The notes: generated by a model from the sequence alone, not told the origin. Counted from the stretch's first letter, positions 1 to 10,848 are shown. The stretch is DNA of 64,000 bases from a virus (IMGVR_UViG_3300032327_000348:1-64000), one strand, 5' to 3'. Numbers and translations: made by a program.

Positions 1-643
1 ATTCATTACTTGATGTTTTATAGAAAAAAGTTTTTATAGATGGGCTACTTGGTACAACATCAGTTGATGGTTGTATAGCGTTGACTGCATACTCACCAAT
101 ATTACCGATACTATTTAACGGTACACCACCTGGTAAAGATGCACTATCACTAATAACAATGGGAGTTTGCAATATGAATGCACCAGTTGTCTGATTAAAT
201 TCATAAATACCCCAAGATGAATCAGTTGTATCTAACCAATAAGTGTTATTAGCAGGCTCACCTGTTGGGCGACTAGTTTGACCAACTAAACTAGCCAAGT
301 CTATATCGGCTCTTAATACATAACAACGATTAGTAACACCCAATAATGAATATGCAGCTAACAGACCATATTCGTTAAGTTCATAACCTTGAATTGGTGT
401 ACCGTTTGTTGTTGTATAGAAGAACGGTGTACCATATAAGTTTACTAAATCACGCTGACTTGTTACTTGATATAGTTTATTTGCGTTTGCAGCCGTAGTT
501 GCTGCTGCCACACCAGTGCCGGCCGCGTTTGCTTTATTTTGAGCAGTTGCTAACAGAACTAATGGAACTGAGTTTGTTGGTGCCGGAAGATACTGACTTT
601 GATCGTTAATCGTTACTTCTACGCCTGGAGAGGTTAATGCCAT
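1..643 (-). CDS. gp18: Tail sheath protein (gp18-like), 5' part; runs off the window
   Basis: Not in ORF track. ATG at 643 reads MALTSPGVEVTINDQSQY...VTSQRDLVNLYGTPFF...ELNEYGLLAAYSLLG; the SPGVEV start is typical of T4-like sheath proteins. Confidence 0.85.
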   Translation of the reverse strand, partial: MALTSPGVEVTINDQSQYLPAPTNSVPLVLLATAQNKANAAGTGVAAATTAANANKLYQVTSQRDLVNLYGTPFFYTTTNGTPIQGYELNEYGLLAAYSLLGVTNRCYVLRADIDLASLVGQTSRPTGEPANNTYWLDTTDSSWGIYEFNQTTGAFILQTPIVISDSASLPGGVPLNSIGNIGEYAVNAIQPSTDVVPSSPSIKTFFYKTSSNE

Positions 644-768
644 TTTATTTTTCCTTTATGTAAAATTTTGAGGTTTACTACCTTAATTGCATACTATTAT
701 TTAGCAAAAAGATTAAAAAAAGCAAGGTTACGGTACCTTCGAAGGTTAAGTTGTGTATAAATATCTAT

Positions 769-1113
769 ATGAGACCAATATGCAAAGCCTGCAACAAAAA
801 TTATTCTGCAATCAACTACATCCGTAATGGCACTACGCATTACCGAAGTATTTGTGATGAGTGTGGTAGGAAAAAAAATAAACTAAAACCCAGAAAGGCT
901 AACTGGATTAAAAGTGGATATAAGAAAAAAACCACATGTGACTTGTGTGGTTTCAAAAGTTTATTTACAAGTCAAATAACAGTCTTTCACATTGATGGTG
1001 ATTTAAATAATATTGAACTATCCAACTTACGCAGTATATGTCTTAATTGTGTTGAAGTAGTTAAGAAGAAAGAAGTTACTTGGAAGCGCGGAGATTTACA
1101 AGTTGATTATTGA
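769..1113 (+). CDS. Small zinc-binding HNH-like protein
   Basis: Several CxxC pairs plus HIDGDLNNIELSNLRSICLNC; ATG just after TATAAATA late promoter. Confidence 0.65.
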   Translation: MRPICKACNKNYSAINYIRNGTTHYRSICDECGRKKNKLKPRKANWIKSGYKKKTTCDLCGFKSLFTSQITVFHIDGDLNNIELSNLRSICLNCVEVVKKKEVTWKRGDLQVDY

Positions 1114-1728
1114 GTTAATCTGCTTATGTAATTCATCAATTGTACCATTGTTATCAACATAATAATCATACAACAATCCTACACTAGAATACTCACTGGC
1201 GTGGACTGCATAGTTGCCTAATTCTACCATAGCATTTAATCTCTGTTCGCTGCCGTCGGGTTCATTATTATAATCAACTGCTGCACTATACCAAATTGGA
1301 CGTTCACCTCTGCTTACACGCATTGTAATGCCACCTATACCTTTAATAGAATTAACCTCATTAGCAAAACGGCAATCAGTAATTACAATATTGTCTTGTG
1401 TTTGTCGTAATTTATTCTCTACGCTTGCTACCCAAATATCAGTATGGAAGTGATTTCTGAGTACATCAGTTCCCCAGTACTGTAGAATCCATCGAGGTGT
1501 GATTTCTATTTTTAGTCGTTCACTCCACCAAACATCTTTTTGTTCTCGCCATTCTCTGCTAGATTTTGTAGAGCCTTCGAGCAATTCTCTGTCCCAGCCA
1601 AACACTGCTGAAACTGCATCTTTTAGACTAGATGCAAAACTTACACGCTTAAATCCGTGAAAGGTTGTCAAGTAATCAGCAACAGTATCTTTGCCGCTAC
1701 CGATGAAACCACACACACCGACAATCAT
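1096..1728 (-). CDS. Deoxynucleoside monophosphate kinase (T4 gp1-like)
   Basis: GFIGSGKDT P-loop, TPRWILQYWGTD, ITDCRFANE. Confidence 0.9.
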   Translation of the reverse strand: MIVGVCGFIGSGKDTVADYLTTFHGFKRVSFASSLKDAVSAVFGWDRELLEGSTKSSREWREQKDVWWSERLKIEITPRWILQYWGTDVLRNHFHTDIWVASVENKLRQTQDNIVITDCRFANEVNSIKGIGGITMRVSRGERPIWYSAAVDYNNEPDGSEQRLNAMVELGNYAVHASEYSSVGLLYDYYVDNNGTIDELHKQINSIINL

Positions 1729-1818
1729 ATATTTTCCTTTTTATTTTTACATTTATCCCCATGCCATCTAGCATAGTTCATGCTGTCAATTTCTTTGCTA
1801 CAATGATAACATTTTATT

Positions 1819-2649
1819 TTAGGGGATAAAAGTTTTATGGTAGTCTTCGTATAATTGTTCTTTAGTTTTGTGACATTCGGTGCCCTTGCTAGAGTTTTCT
1901 ATTTTTGGAAGTAATCTTAAATTAGTCCAATGACCAATAATTTCGGGTGGAATATCATTTTTGAACCCTTCAGCTATGCTATAGATGTGATCTAAATGAA
2001 GGTCTCTGCTTCTTTGCAGTTTATTTGGATTTATTATATGAAAATGTTCATACCAATTTTTATTAGTTACTAATTTGACATTATTGTAATATTCTTCTGC
2101 CAATGTTCTGTCAGTACCTGAATACCGTTGTATTGCTGATTTAGAAAGTTTTTGTTGGATTGATGGGCATTTAGATGGATTGTCTACGCCATATTTTTCC
2201 ATCCAAGTTTTTCTAGCGGCTGCTAAACTTGATTGATAATCTCTATTGCGTTCTTCCCACGGTTTATGCTTTCCTTCAGCAAAGCCTTTGGAAAATTTAT
2301 CATTCGCTTTTTTGGCTTTATCAGTATCATGTTTACGCCAGTGATTTCCCATCGTTGCCTTGCTGATTATTTTACCTATTACTTTATTTTTAGCTTCAAT
2401 TGATGAAAATTTGCGATATGATTTTTCATTCCATTTTAATGGTTCCCCTGTGATAGGGCATAATTCAACAGAATGACGATCATTCAGTATATGCCAAACT
2501 CGTTGTTTGGGTTTAGCATTGTCGGGTAAAAAAGATGTAGCCTCTACGATTTTAGACCACAATTCAGGATGAGTTTTACGCAACATTTTAGTCGCTGATT
2601 TATTATAGGAAGTATCGTTGTTGATTATATTTTCAAGTATGATTTTCAT
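1819..2649 (-). mobile_element. Free-standing HNH homing-endonuclease-like gene
   Basis: C-terminal HLDHIYS...HWTNLRLLPKIENSSKG, KYGVDNPSK motif; lies between gp13 and dNMP kinase; start inferred after CTAAATAC. Confidence 0.7.
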
Positions 2650-2688
2650 ACTTGTATTTAGTCCTTTATCCATGAATCCAGGTGAGAA

Positions 2689-3489
2689 TCAACCTTGGAC
2701 CCATGTTAGAGGTTGTGAAAAATCAACATATCGTTTCAATTCATCAATAAGGGCTTCTTGTAGTGCTTTGGATTCTGCCTTCATCGCGGTTCCATTCAAC
2801 GTTGTTCCACCACCTGGTCCAGCAATAGTTCCAAACTTCTCACGTGCCTCACCAATGATTCCCTTAAGGACAGCGTAAATATAATCGCCAATCCAAACAC
2901 CTGCGCCCGGGTCTTGCAACAATACTTCTTCGGTGCGCTGTACATCTGCCCAGACTAGAACACGTTCACCTGATGCCTTAGGGTCACGCACAATACGCAA
3001 TACTTTAGTGACAGGGTCGAAAGTGTATACTACATAGCCACCGAACATTCGTGCGGCTAATTCAACATAACCTGCATAGAAATCGTATGTTGCCATACCA
3101 CCTGCATTGTTATAGTTTAATAGGTAAGTGTTTAGAATAGCACTACTGAACGGGTCAAAACTGCTAGAGCCCGGTCCTGTTTCTAGACCAACTGTACGTC
3201 TGTACAAACATCTAACATTAATGAATTCTTGAGGTAATGTATATGTGTCAACGTTTTTGAGTGTAGTCATCAAAACATATGCTTCTGCGGTAGAGTTCTG
3301 TGCTCTCTGACGATATGTTTTTATTGAATAGTTATATGCCGCTTCATAATGTTGCGGATCTAATTCTAAGTCAATAATACCGTCACCCAAACGATATCGA
3401 ATATTTTCGAATAGAGCTTGCTTTAACTCCGCTAACGTCATGCCGTTAGGGGTAGAAAGAATATTTGGCGTTATATTTGGAATAGTCAT
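2689..3489 (-). CDS. gp13: Neck / head-tail adaptor (gp13-like)
   Basis: RLGDGIIDLELD..., GEAREKFGTIAGPGGGTTLNG motif. Confidence 0.85.
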   Translation of the reverse strand: MTIPNITPNILSTPNGMTLAELKQALFENIRYRLGDGIIDLELDPQHYEAAYNYSIKTYRQRAQNSTAEAYVLMTTLKNVDTYTLPQEFINVRCLYRRTVGLETGPGSSSFDPFSSAILNTYLLNYNNAGGMATYDFYAGYVELAARMFGGYVVYTFDPVTKVLRIVRDPKASGERVLVWADVQRTEEVLLQDPGAGVWIGDYIYAVLKGIIGEAREKFGTIAGPGGGTTLNGTAMKAESKALQEALIDELKRYVDFSQPLTWVQG

Positions 3490-3530
3490 ATTGGTTACCT
3501 GATACTGTATTTATCAAGTAACCATATGTA

Positions 3531-3950
3531 TTAGATATCTCCAGCTTTACGATTCTCTGAATAATGAGCATCAAAAGTGCCACCAGGGTAGCGACTTTCT
3601 AGTTTACGCACATTCTCATCGATAACGTCATTTGGATCAAGATTCAATGCACGACAAGCATTAATCCAGTACCACATAACATCACCTAGCTCTCGCTTCA
3701 AGTGAAAGACTTCTGCATCTGTCAGTGGTTTACCTTGAAAAAACATTTTCTTGGGCACTTCGATAAATTCACCACCTTCAGCCGCTAGTCCAAGACAAGA
3801 TGTAAGTAGTAGTGGGACGTTGATATCAGGTCCTCCGTCGTTGCCGTCAAGTTCATCACAACGGTTCATAAATGTAGTCAAGTCATTGCTTGCTTTGCTG
3901 GTTACAGCCTCTACAAAATCTTTATATTTGTTCAAATCAATATTGTTCAT
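3531..3950 (-). CDS. mazG: MazG-like NTP pyrophosphohydrolase
   Basis: GLAAEGGEFIE, KRELGDVMWY, NVRKLESRYP. Confidence 0.85.
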   Translation of the reverse strand: MNNIDLNKYKDFVEAVTSKASNDLTTFMNRCDELDGNDGGPDINVPLLLTSCLGLAAEGGEFIEVPKKMFFQGKPLTDAEVFHLKRELGDVMWYWINACRALNLDPNDVIDENVRKLESRYPGGTFDAHYSENRKAGDI

Positions 3951-5116
3951 TAAAATGCTTTCAAAATAATCAGTTGATCATTAAACCTACCATTGGGTGT
4001 AGTTGCAACAGCCTTGATATCGTTAAAGAATTTACGTGCCGCGGGCTTGCTTCCCATAATTTCTTTAATCTGTTCACCGGGTTTACGCAATGTTTTAATC
4101 TCAGACTTTGCTGTATCAAATCCAAGTAGTGTATTACCTTTAACAGTAAATGCTTTACTGTAGTCATCTGCAATGTAATGGTGCAATTTACGCTTTGCGG
4201 TATCGTATACCCAAGCTTCACTTGCACCTTGAAGTTTTACTGGACTAATACTAATCAAGTCCAGTTTGCTTGCAGTATCCTTGAATGTCTTCAAGTACTT
4301 TAATTTTGATACGATTTTCTCGACTGGTACAGCTTTACGGGCACGAGGTGCTTTACTGGCTTTCTTAACACTAATGTAACTGTTCAAGTCATTAAGCACT
4401 TGTTCAATAAATTTGATTACATTTTTAATTTGTGTTTTATTAAGATAAACATAGCCCTCAACCAATTGTTTGTCTTCAGCCTTAAGCAATTCTTCAAACT
4501 CATTTTGTTTCTTTTTCCACACTTCAGTCAACAAACTGATATGCTGTGGCATCACATTCTTTTTAGCCACTTCATCCATTGGCTTTAGTGAATGTTTAGT
4601 GGGTGCTCCCGATGTGATGAATTCATCAAACAGTCCTTCAAGTTCACCCGCGGCATCACGTGCTTTTTCTTTTAGGATGTCCTGAATATTAGGTCTTGTT
4701 GACACCTCAGTTTCTACTTTAACTTCTTCAGGCTTGTGAACAATCTTTAATAGTCGAGTAATCTCATTTTCAAGTGTTAATTCCTCATGCTCAGTCAATG
4801 ATAACCCGCGTAACTGCATACGGGCTAGCCAACACAATGTCAATAGAAATTCATTCTCATGTACTTTACGCAAAGTTTTTGCATCAGCAATCCTATTATT
4901 TAAGTCTAGGTATTGACTCAATAGTTCTTTGGCATCTTTTTTACCGTAAAAACGATTATACCAAGTAAAACTACGCATCAATGTAACCCTGCGCTTATCC
5001 TCATCGGGTTGTAGTACAAACAACGGTTCTTCACCGTAATATTGTACATCTACATCCCTTGGATTCAATGCTTTAACTTGACTATGGTCTTCTGAATTGC
5101 GTTTGCGTGTAGCCAT
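3950..5116 (-). CDS. Conserved hypothetical phage protein (early)
   Basis: 388-aa ORF with RBS AAGGAG and consensus sigma70 promoter. Confidence 0.7.
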   Translation of the reverse strand: MATRKRNSEDHSQVKALNPRDVDVQYYGEEPLFVLQPDEDKRRVTLMRSFTWYNRFYGKKDAKELLSQYLDLNNRIADAKTLRKVHENEFLLTLCWLARMQLRGLSLTEHEELTLENEITRLLKIVHKPEEVKVETEVSTRPNIQDILKEKARDAAGELEGLFDEFITSGAPTKHSLKPMDEVAKKNVMPQHISLLTEVWKKKQNEFEELLKAEDKQLVEGYVYLNKTQIKNVIKFIEQVLNDLNSYISVKKASKAPRARKAVPVEKIVSKLKYLKTFKDTASKLDLISISPVKLQGASEAWVYDTAKRKLHHYIADDYSKAFTVKGNTLLGFDTAKSEIKTLRKPGEQIKEIMGSKPAARKFFNDIKAVATTPNGRFNDQLIILKAF

Positions 5117-5144
5117 GTGTAGACTCCTTTACTATAATTTCACT

Positions 5145-5173
5145 ATTATAGCACAGCCCATATTTATTGTCAA
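5145..5173 (-). promoter_or_regulatory. Early sigma70-type promoter
   Basis: TTGACA-ATAAATATGGGCTGTGC(17)-TATAAT. Confidence 0.85.
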
Positions 5174-5213
5174 CCTAAGGATTTAACCAAAATGCATTGC
5201 GATAAATACTATT

Positions 5214-6923
5214 ATGCCAAAACTGTCACTATACCGCCCAAATAAACAGAATGATTATCGTTTCTTTGATAGAACAATATCCGAAGAATTGCGTGTTGGC
5301 GGCACGGATTTATACATTCACAAATATCTAGGGCCAACCGATCAGGGTGTTAGTATTGATTATACTCAACCACAATATGAAACATTAAGTCCTACCAATA
5401 TTCAGGATTTATTATTCTTAGAAAATAGAGATAGAACATATGATCCAAATATTTATAGATTACGTGGTCATTATAATGTACAGAATTTAGATTTTGATTT
5501 AAGTCAATTTGGTTTATTCTTAAACAATGATATTGTATTCATTACTGTTCATTATAACGATATGATTGATATTGTCGGTCGGAAACTAATGGTAGGTGAT
5601 GTATTAGAATTACCCCACTTATTAGATTATAATCCATTAAAAGAAACTATACCAGTTGCATTAAAACGATTTATGCAAATTACTGATGCTAATTATGCGA
5701 GTGAAGGTTTCAGTCAAACTTGGTTCCCGCATTTATGGCGTATTAAATGTGAACCACTAGTTGATAGTGAGGAATTTAGTCAGATATTGCAAGAGCCTAT
5801 TAATCAAGATAATTATCTAGGCGTATGGGATATAACTAAACCATACCCGGAAGGATATATTATTAGTTACGGTGATAAGAATTATATTTCCATCACTGAT
5901 GTTCCTGCAGGTACTAATCCACCAAATAATGATTATTGGAGATTAACTGAAGAACAGAATCTTAAAGATATTCTTTCTACATATAATCAGAATATTGCAA
6001 TTAATAATGCTAACCTTGAAGAGGCAAAACGATTACTACCTAAGTCCGGATATGATACTAGTAATTTATATATTGTACCTACATACGGTGTATATAGTGA
6101 AAATGGTGTACCTTCAAATGAGTATAATCAGCCTGCGCCGCCAGTTAATGTTATATCTAGTACAGGTTCTCCGATGCCAGTGGTTGAAATTTTCAATAGC
6201 ACTGAATATGTAAATGATAGTCCATATATAAGAATTCCATCTGCTACCGTAGGTATGATTTGGACTCAAATATTAGATGCAGGATTCCCCGGAATACCGT
6301 CATCACCTAGTATCAAACCTGCAATGGTATTATCAGCAATGCAGTTTGCACCTTCTAGGACAGAAAGTGGTTCAGGTCCAGTAGAGCGTGAGGTCGTATT
6401 AACAATTGATAGTATGATGACTATAACCGGTCCATATGGTACGGCTGATAATACATATGCAACAGCAGATCAAAATCCAGAGGCACCGGGCTTTACTGAT
6501 GAAATTACTCCTGTTATGGACTTCAGAGCAGACTGTGATCCTAGATTCCAATTCATTGCTCGCAGTAGCCCAAGAAGCTTTGGTTATGCCGCTGGGTATT
6601 TAACCGGTGACGGACAAGCTCCCAATGGATATCCAACTGGGGCGGGAATAGCCTTTCCGCAAAATCCCCAAGTTGGAGATTACTTCTTACGAATTGATTA
6701 CTTGCCACAACTTCTATATCGATGGGACGGCCAGATGTGGATTAGAATTAGTAAAAATGTCCGAACAGAGACAGCATTTACTAGTGATGATAAATCACAG
6801 ACAGCAAGTTTCATAAATAACAGTAATGTAACAGTTACAACATCGGGTGTAGTAATCCCACAGAAACAAGCATTGTCTACTATGTTATCTATTGCACCAG
6901 ATCCACTACCACCTAGACCTTAA
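5214..6923 (+). CDS. gp14: Neck / head closure protein (gp14-like) with C-terminal extension
   Basis: IQDLLFLENRDRTYD, FDLSQFGLFL, GDVLELP; directly upstream of gp15; GATAAATAC late promoter. Confidence 0.7.
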   Translation: MPKLSLYRPNKQNDYRFFDRTISEELRVGGTDLYIHKYLGPTDQGVSIDYTQPQYETLSPTNIQDLLFLENRDRTYDPNIYRLRGHYNVQNLDFDLSQFGLFLNNDIVFITVHYNDMIDIVGRKLMVGDVLELPHLLDYNPLKETIPVALKRFMQITDANYASEGFSQTWFPHLWRIKCEPLVDSEEFSQILQEPINQDNYLGVWDITKPYPEGYIISYGDKNYISITDVPAGTNPPNNDYWRLTEEQNLKDILSTYNQNIAINNANLEEAKRLLPKSGYDTSNLYIVPTYGVYSENGVPSNEYNQPAPPVNVISSTGSPMPVVEIFNSTEYVNDSPYIRIPSATVGMIWTQILDAGFPGIPSSPSIKPAMVLSAMQFAPSRTESGSGPVEREVVLTIDSMMTITGPYGTADNTYATADQNPEAPGFTDEITPVMDFRADCDPRFQFIARSSPRSFGYAAGYLTGDGQAPNGYPTGAGIAFPQNPQVGDYFLRIDYLPQLLYRWDGQMWIRISKNVRTETAFTSDDKSQTASFINNSNVTVTTSGVVIPQKQALSTMLSIAPDPLPPRP

Positions 6924-6933
6924 AGAATAATAT

Positions 6934-8307
6934 ATGGCCGCTTTCTTCTATGATAATCAAATACGCAGATTTATAATTCAATTTGCAAAAATATTCAGTT
7001 CTTGGTATGTTACCAAAGGTAAAGACCCCAGTGGCAATGAAATACTGGTTCGTGTTCCTATCATGTATGGTGATTCAAGTAGACAGGCTAGTACAATCAT
7101 TGCTAACAACAGTGCTAGCAATTTACCAAGTGCGCCACTAATTACATATTATATCAGTGGGTTAGAATATGATCAAAGACGCACACAAGACCCAACATAT
7201 GTTGATAGAATTAATGTTCGCCAAAGAACATTGAATGTTGAAACAGGACAATATGAACAAACGCAAGGACAAGCATTTACAGTTGAAAGATTGATGCCCG
7301 TACCTTATACTCTACGAGTAACTGTAGATTTTTGGACTACCAACTATCAGCAAAAACTTGAATTGATTGAGCAATTAGGTACGCTTTTTAATCCTTCAAT
7401 GGAAATTCAAAGCACTGACAATTTCATTGATTGGACTAGTTTAAGTGTTGTATACCAAGATGGCTTAACTTTTAGTAGCCGTACTATCCCACAAGGAACT
7501 GCTAATCCAATTGATGTTATGTCATGGAAATTCTATATGCCTATATGGTTAAGCAACGCCGCTAAACTTAAAAAGCTTGGTGTTGTTGAAAAAATTATTG
7601 CAAGTATCTTTAAAGGAAAAGCACTACAGGATATACAAGATGATGATCTCTTATTGGGAACTCGTCCAAAAATAACACCGTACGGGTATAAAGTATTATT
7701 GATGGGGAACAGACTTCAATTATTACCAGTTGAAACTAGTGGATATGTCAGTAACATTAACTTAAATTATCCCAATCCACCTGACACTGGTTTATATTGG
7801 ACAAGTTTATTAAATGTCTACGGCACAGTAAGACCAGGAATTAGTCAAATATGGTTACAGAATCCATATATGGATACTGAAATTGTGGGAACAATTGTAC
7901 CAGATCCAACTGATGATCGACTGTTAATATATGAGATCGACACTGATACCTTGCCACAAAATACTTTAAATCCAGTTACTAGTGTCATCAATCCATTAAT
8001 GTCAGGACCTAATGCAGGATTACCAGGACCTGTTAATGGTACAAGGTATCTTCTTGTAGAATCTATAGGTAGCGAGAATAATACAACAGTGGCCTGGGGC
8101 GATTTAATTGCAAATGCAAATGATATCGTAGAATATGACGCAGATTCTGGAACGTGGTATGTAAGTTTTGACAGTCAGGCTTCCACTACAGTTGAGTATG
8201 TAACCAACTTAACCACAAGTATTCAATATCGTTATACACCCGACGGAGTATGGATGAAGTCATTTGAAGGCTGGTACGATCAAGGAAATTATTCTATTGT
8301 AATCTAA
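6934..8307 (+). CDS. gp15: Tail sheath terminator / tail completion protein (gp15-like)
   Basis: FFYDNQIRR, RVPIMYG, MPVPYTL, QKLELIEQL. Confidence 0.8.
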   Translation: MAAFFYDNQIRRFIIQFAKIFSSWYVTKGKDPSGNEILVRVPIMYGDSSRQASTIIANNSASNLPSAPLITYYISGLEYDQRRTQDPTYVDRINVRQRTLNVETGQYEQTQGQAFTVERLMPVPYTLRVTVDFWTTNYQQKLELIEQLGTLFNPSMEIQSTDNFIDWTSLSVVYQDGLTFSSRTIPQGTANPIDVMSWKFYMPIWLSNAAKLKKLGVVEKIIASIFKGKALQDIQDDDLLLGTRPKITPYGYKVLLMGNRLQLLPVETSGYVSNINLNYPNPPDTGLYWTSLLNVYGTVRPGISQIWLQNPYMDTEIVGTIVPDPTDDRLLIYEIDTDTLPQNTLNPVTSVINPLMSGPNAGLPGPVNGTRYLLVESIGSENNTTVAWGDLIANANDIVEYDADSGTWYVSFDSQASTTVEYVTNLTTSIQYRYTPDGVWMKSFEGWYDQGNYSIVI

Positions 8308-8326
8308 TACTGTGATAAATCATAGT

Positions 8327-8743
8327 ATGAGCAATATTTCTGCAGGAGTTTTTTTCTATTCTGAAACCACCGATCGTTTTCTATACCTATTGAGGAATGA
8401 TTCTAAAAATTTAGGTAATTGGGGTATACCGGGCGGGAAAATAGAAATAGAAGAAACCCTTATAGAAGGCATAGAACGTGAGTGCATGGAAGAAGTAAAC
8501 TATTTTCCAAAAAATGCCAAACTTATACCTATACAGAAATTTGTTAATAACTCATTTACCTATCACACCTTTTTTTGCAAAATAAAAGATGAATTTGTGC
8601 CTATATTAAATGATGAACATTGTGGTTATGCTTGGGTGGGTGATAATCAATATCCCAAACCATTGCATCCGGGACTATTTAATACAGTAAATTTTGATGT
8701 TGTTCAAAAGAAATTAAACACACTTACAAAAAAAGCGACCTAA
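8327..8743 (+). CDS. Nudix hydrolase
   Basis: Nudix box GGKIEIEETLIEGIERECMEEV. Confidence 0.85.
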   Translation: MSNISAGVFFYSETTDRFLYLLRNDSKNLGNWGIPGGKIEIEETLIEGIERECMEEVNYFPKNAKLIPIQKFVNNSFTYHTFFCKIKDEFVPILNDEHCGYAWVGDNQYPKPLHPGLFNTVNFDVVQKKLNTLTKKAT

Positions 8744-8755
8744 GTCGCTTTTTTT
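8728..8755. terminator. Bidirectional intrinsic terminator
   Basis: A7-GCGAC-CTAA-GTCGC-T7 between convergent genes. Confidence 0.85.
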
Positions 8756-9071
8756 ATTTTAGCAATTTTGCTATCGTATCAAACCCCAATGATCCTATTA
8801 CAACTCCTGCACCCATCAACATCCATCTCCACTTTTCTAATGCGGTGATTTTGTCAGACATGGCTTGATGTGCATTTGTGCTAGCATCTTTCATAGCCTT
8901 CAACATTACCTTAGTATCATCATTGTTCTTAACCATTTCAGCATGAATATCCTTGATATCAGATTTTATTTCGCTGATATCATCTGTGATATTTTGTACC
9001 TGAACTTGAAGAACTGCGACTTCAGTTTCTGTTTTTGGCATTTTAATTGTTCTAGTTGTTGAAGTCGCCAT
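8754..9071 (-). CDS. Coiled-coil protein with C-terminal TM helix
   Basis: Heptads followed by LEKWRWMLMGAGVVIGSLG. Confidence 0.6.
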   Translation of the reverse strand: MATSTTRTIKMPKTETEVAVLQVQVQNITDDISEIKSDIKDIHAEMVKNNDDTKVMLKAMKDASTNAHQAMSDKITALEKWRWMLMGAGVVIGSLGFDTIAKLLK

Positions 9072-9073
9072 GA

Positions 9074-10456
9074 TTAAGCACCAGCAATAGTCACGATTGG
9101 GTTAGGCTGTCCACCGTATGTATTAGCGGCGTACGCTGTGTTGAATGTAGCGATAACATCAGGGTTAACACTGTTAACAACAGCAGTACCTGTGCCAGAA
9201 CCAGCACCAGTAGCAACGAATGAAACACCTGTCATGTTAGATGCTGCACCAACTGCTGCCCAGTTTGTATTACCTGAACTATAGATTGTGTATGTTGTAC
9301 CTGCAACTAATGAACCAGCTGCAACTTGTGTTGGGAAGATTTCAGAGTTGTAGCTATTAATACTAGCAACATACGCTGTACCAGAGGCTGCATCAGTAGA
9401 CAAGATATTGAATGTGTTTGGTGTCAATGCTGTGTTAGCGACATTAGCTGTATAGGCTGCACCTAGAGTACCAGTGACTGTACCTTGTACCAAGTACTTT
9501 GTCTTACCTTTTTGACGCACAATATAACCTGCTTCTGGTAGTGCTTGAATGAATGGATCACCTTGGCTAGTAACACCGGTTGCTCCATTTGCTGCATTAC
9601 CAGTCAACACAACTTGTTGTTGTGTTGCATTAGGAGTACCTGTTGCGTTAGTTAATGTAACTGCTGTACCGCCCGGGGTAGTCGCAACAGTAAATGCAGA
9701 TGCGTTAGCAACAGCCTTAACCCAATATGTTGTACCTGTGAATAAACCACCAATGTTAGCACTGAATGCTACAGGACCATCAACAACTAGAGTTTGTGCA
9801 TTACCACTTGTGCGAACAAAGTTACCCGTTGCTTGAGTGTTTGCAACAGCAACAGTTGTATTGCCACCTGTAGCCGATGTAGTACCAACTAATGTAACTG
9901 GTCCATTACCACCATCATATACTGCAAACAAGATTGTACCTGCGGCTACGTTTGCAAAATCAGTTCCTACACCAACTACTACGTTACTTGATGTATTTGC
10001 AATAATAGTACCTGTACCATTAGAACCAAATGCTACATTGCATAGAACTTGATTACCAATGATTGCTGTATTGCCACCAACTACACCATATGTATTGGCG
10101 TTTGTCGATGGGAAACCTGCACCAGATTCTGGATTGTTGAAGTATGCATCAACTACACCTACTGATGCAGAAACTGAACCACCGGTAGTATCAGATAATG
10201 CAACTGGTGTGCGTGTTGTGTTTGCACTTAAATCAGTAGCAGAAGCTGTGAAATTATTTGCATCAACGACTGTTAAAACCCAGTATGTTGTGTTAGATGT
10301 TAGACCACCAACTGATGTGGCTACCACGAATGGCATACCAGCGATAACGCCTAATGTTGTTAAGTTTTGTGATACGGTAACATAATCTGTTGCCGCTGTT
10401 GTATCAGTGATTGTTAAGACTGCTTGAGCCTTTGCGATTTTTAGAGGACGTCCCAT
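9074..10456 (-). CDS. Virion structural protein (A/G/T/N-rich)
   Basis: Late promoter, strong RBS, YIVRQKGKTKYLV motif, composition. Confidence 0.65.
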   Translation of the reverse strand: MGRPLKIAKAQAVLTITDTTAATDYVTVSQNLTTLGVIAGMPFVVATSVGGLTSNTTYWVLTVVDANNFTASATDLSANTTRTPVALSDTTGGSVSASVGVVDAYFNNPESGAGFPSTNANTYGVVGGNTAIIGNQVLCNVAFGSNGTGTIIANTSSNVVVGVGTDFANVAAGTILFAVYDGGNGPVTLVGTTSATGGNTTVAVANTQATGNFVRTSGNAQTLVVDGPVAFSANIGGLFTGTTYWVKAVANASAFTVATTPGGTAVTLTNATGTPNATQQQVVLTGNAANGATGVTSQGDPFIQALPEAGYIVRQKGKTKYLVQGTVTGTLGAAYTANVANTALTPNTFNILSTDAASGTAYVASINSYNSEIFPTQVAAGSLVAGTTYTIYSSGNTNWAAVGAASNMTGVSFVATGAGSGTGTAVVNSVNPDVIATFNTAYAANTYGGQPNPIVTIAGA

Positions 10457-10560
10457 TTGATTTTCCTTTGATAAAATTAGTGAGTTCTAGTCACTACGCA
10501 GTGGGGTACTGCATAAACTCTCCGAATGAGAGCGTATGAATTATTTATCAAAAATACGTA

Positions 10561-10848
10561 TTATTCTGTCCCAGTCGCAGGGTGATTCATGCCCAATGTA
10601 CTAACACTGAATGCTCCGGCTGTGCCTGCTACGTTAATATATGCTATGTAATTTCCTTGTCCAACTAAAAAGTTGTTGTCTACTGTGTTTGCAGGAATAA
10701 TCTCACTTGTTGTCAGATTGGCAGTAACACTAGCGTTACCTACTGCTATAGCGATTGCTGATGTTGTTGTGGCAATACGTACTTTGTCAGTAGTTGCTAC
10801 TGCTGTTAACTGGCTTGTACCGTTTGCTATATAAATTGCTGATGTCAT
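10561..10848 (-). CDS. Small virion structural protein
   Basis: Beta-rich A/T composition, in late operon. Confidence 0.55.
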   Translation of the reverse strand: MTSAIYIANGTSQLTAVATTDKVRIATTTSAIAIAVGNASVTANLTTSEIIPANTVDNNFLVGQGNYIAYINVAGTAGAFSVSTLGMNHPATGTE

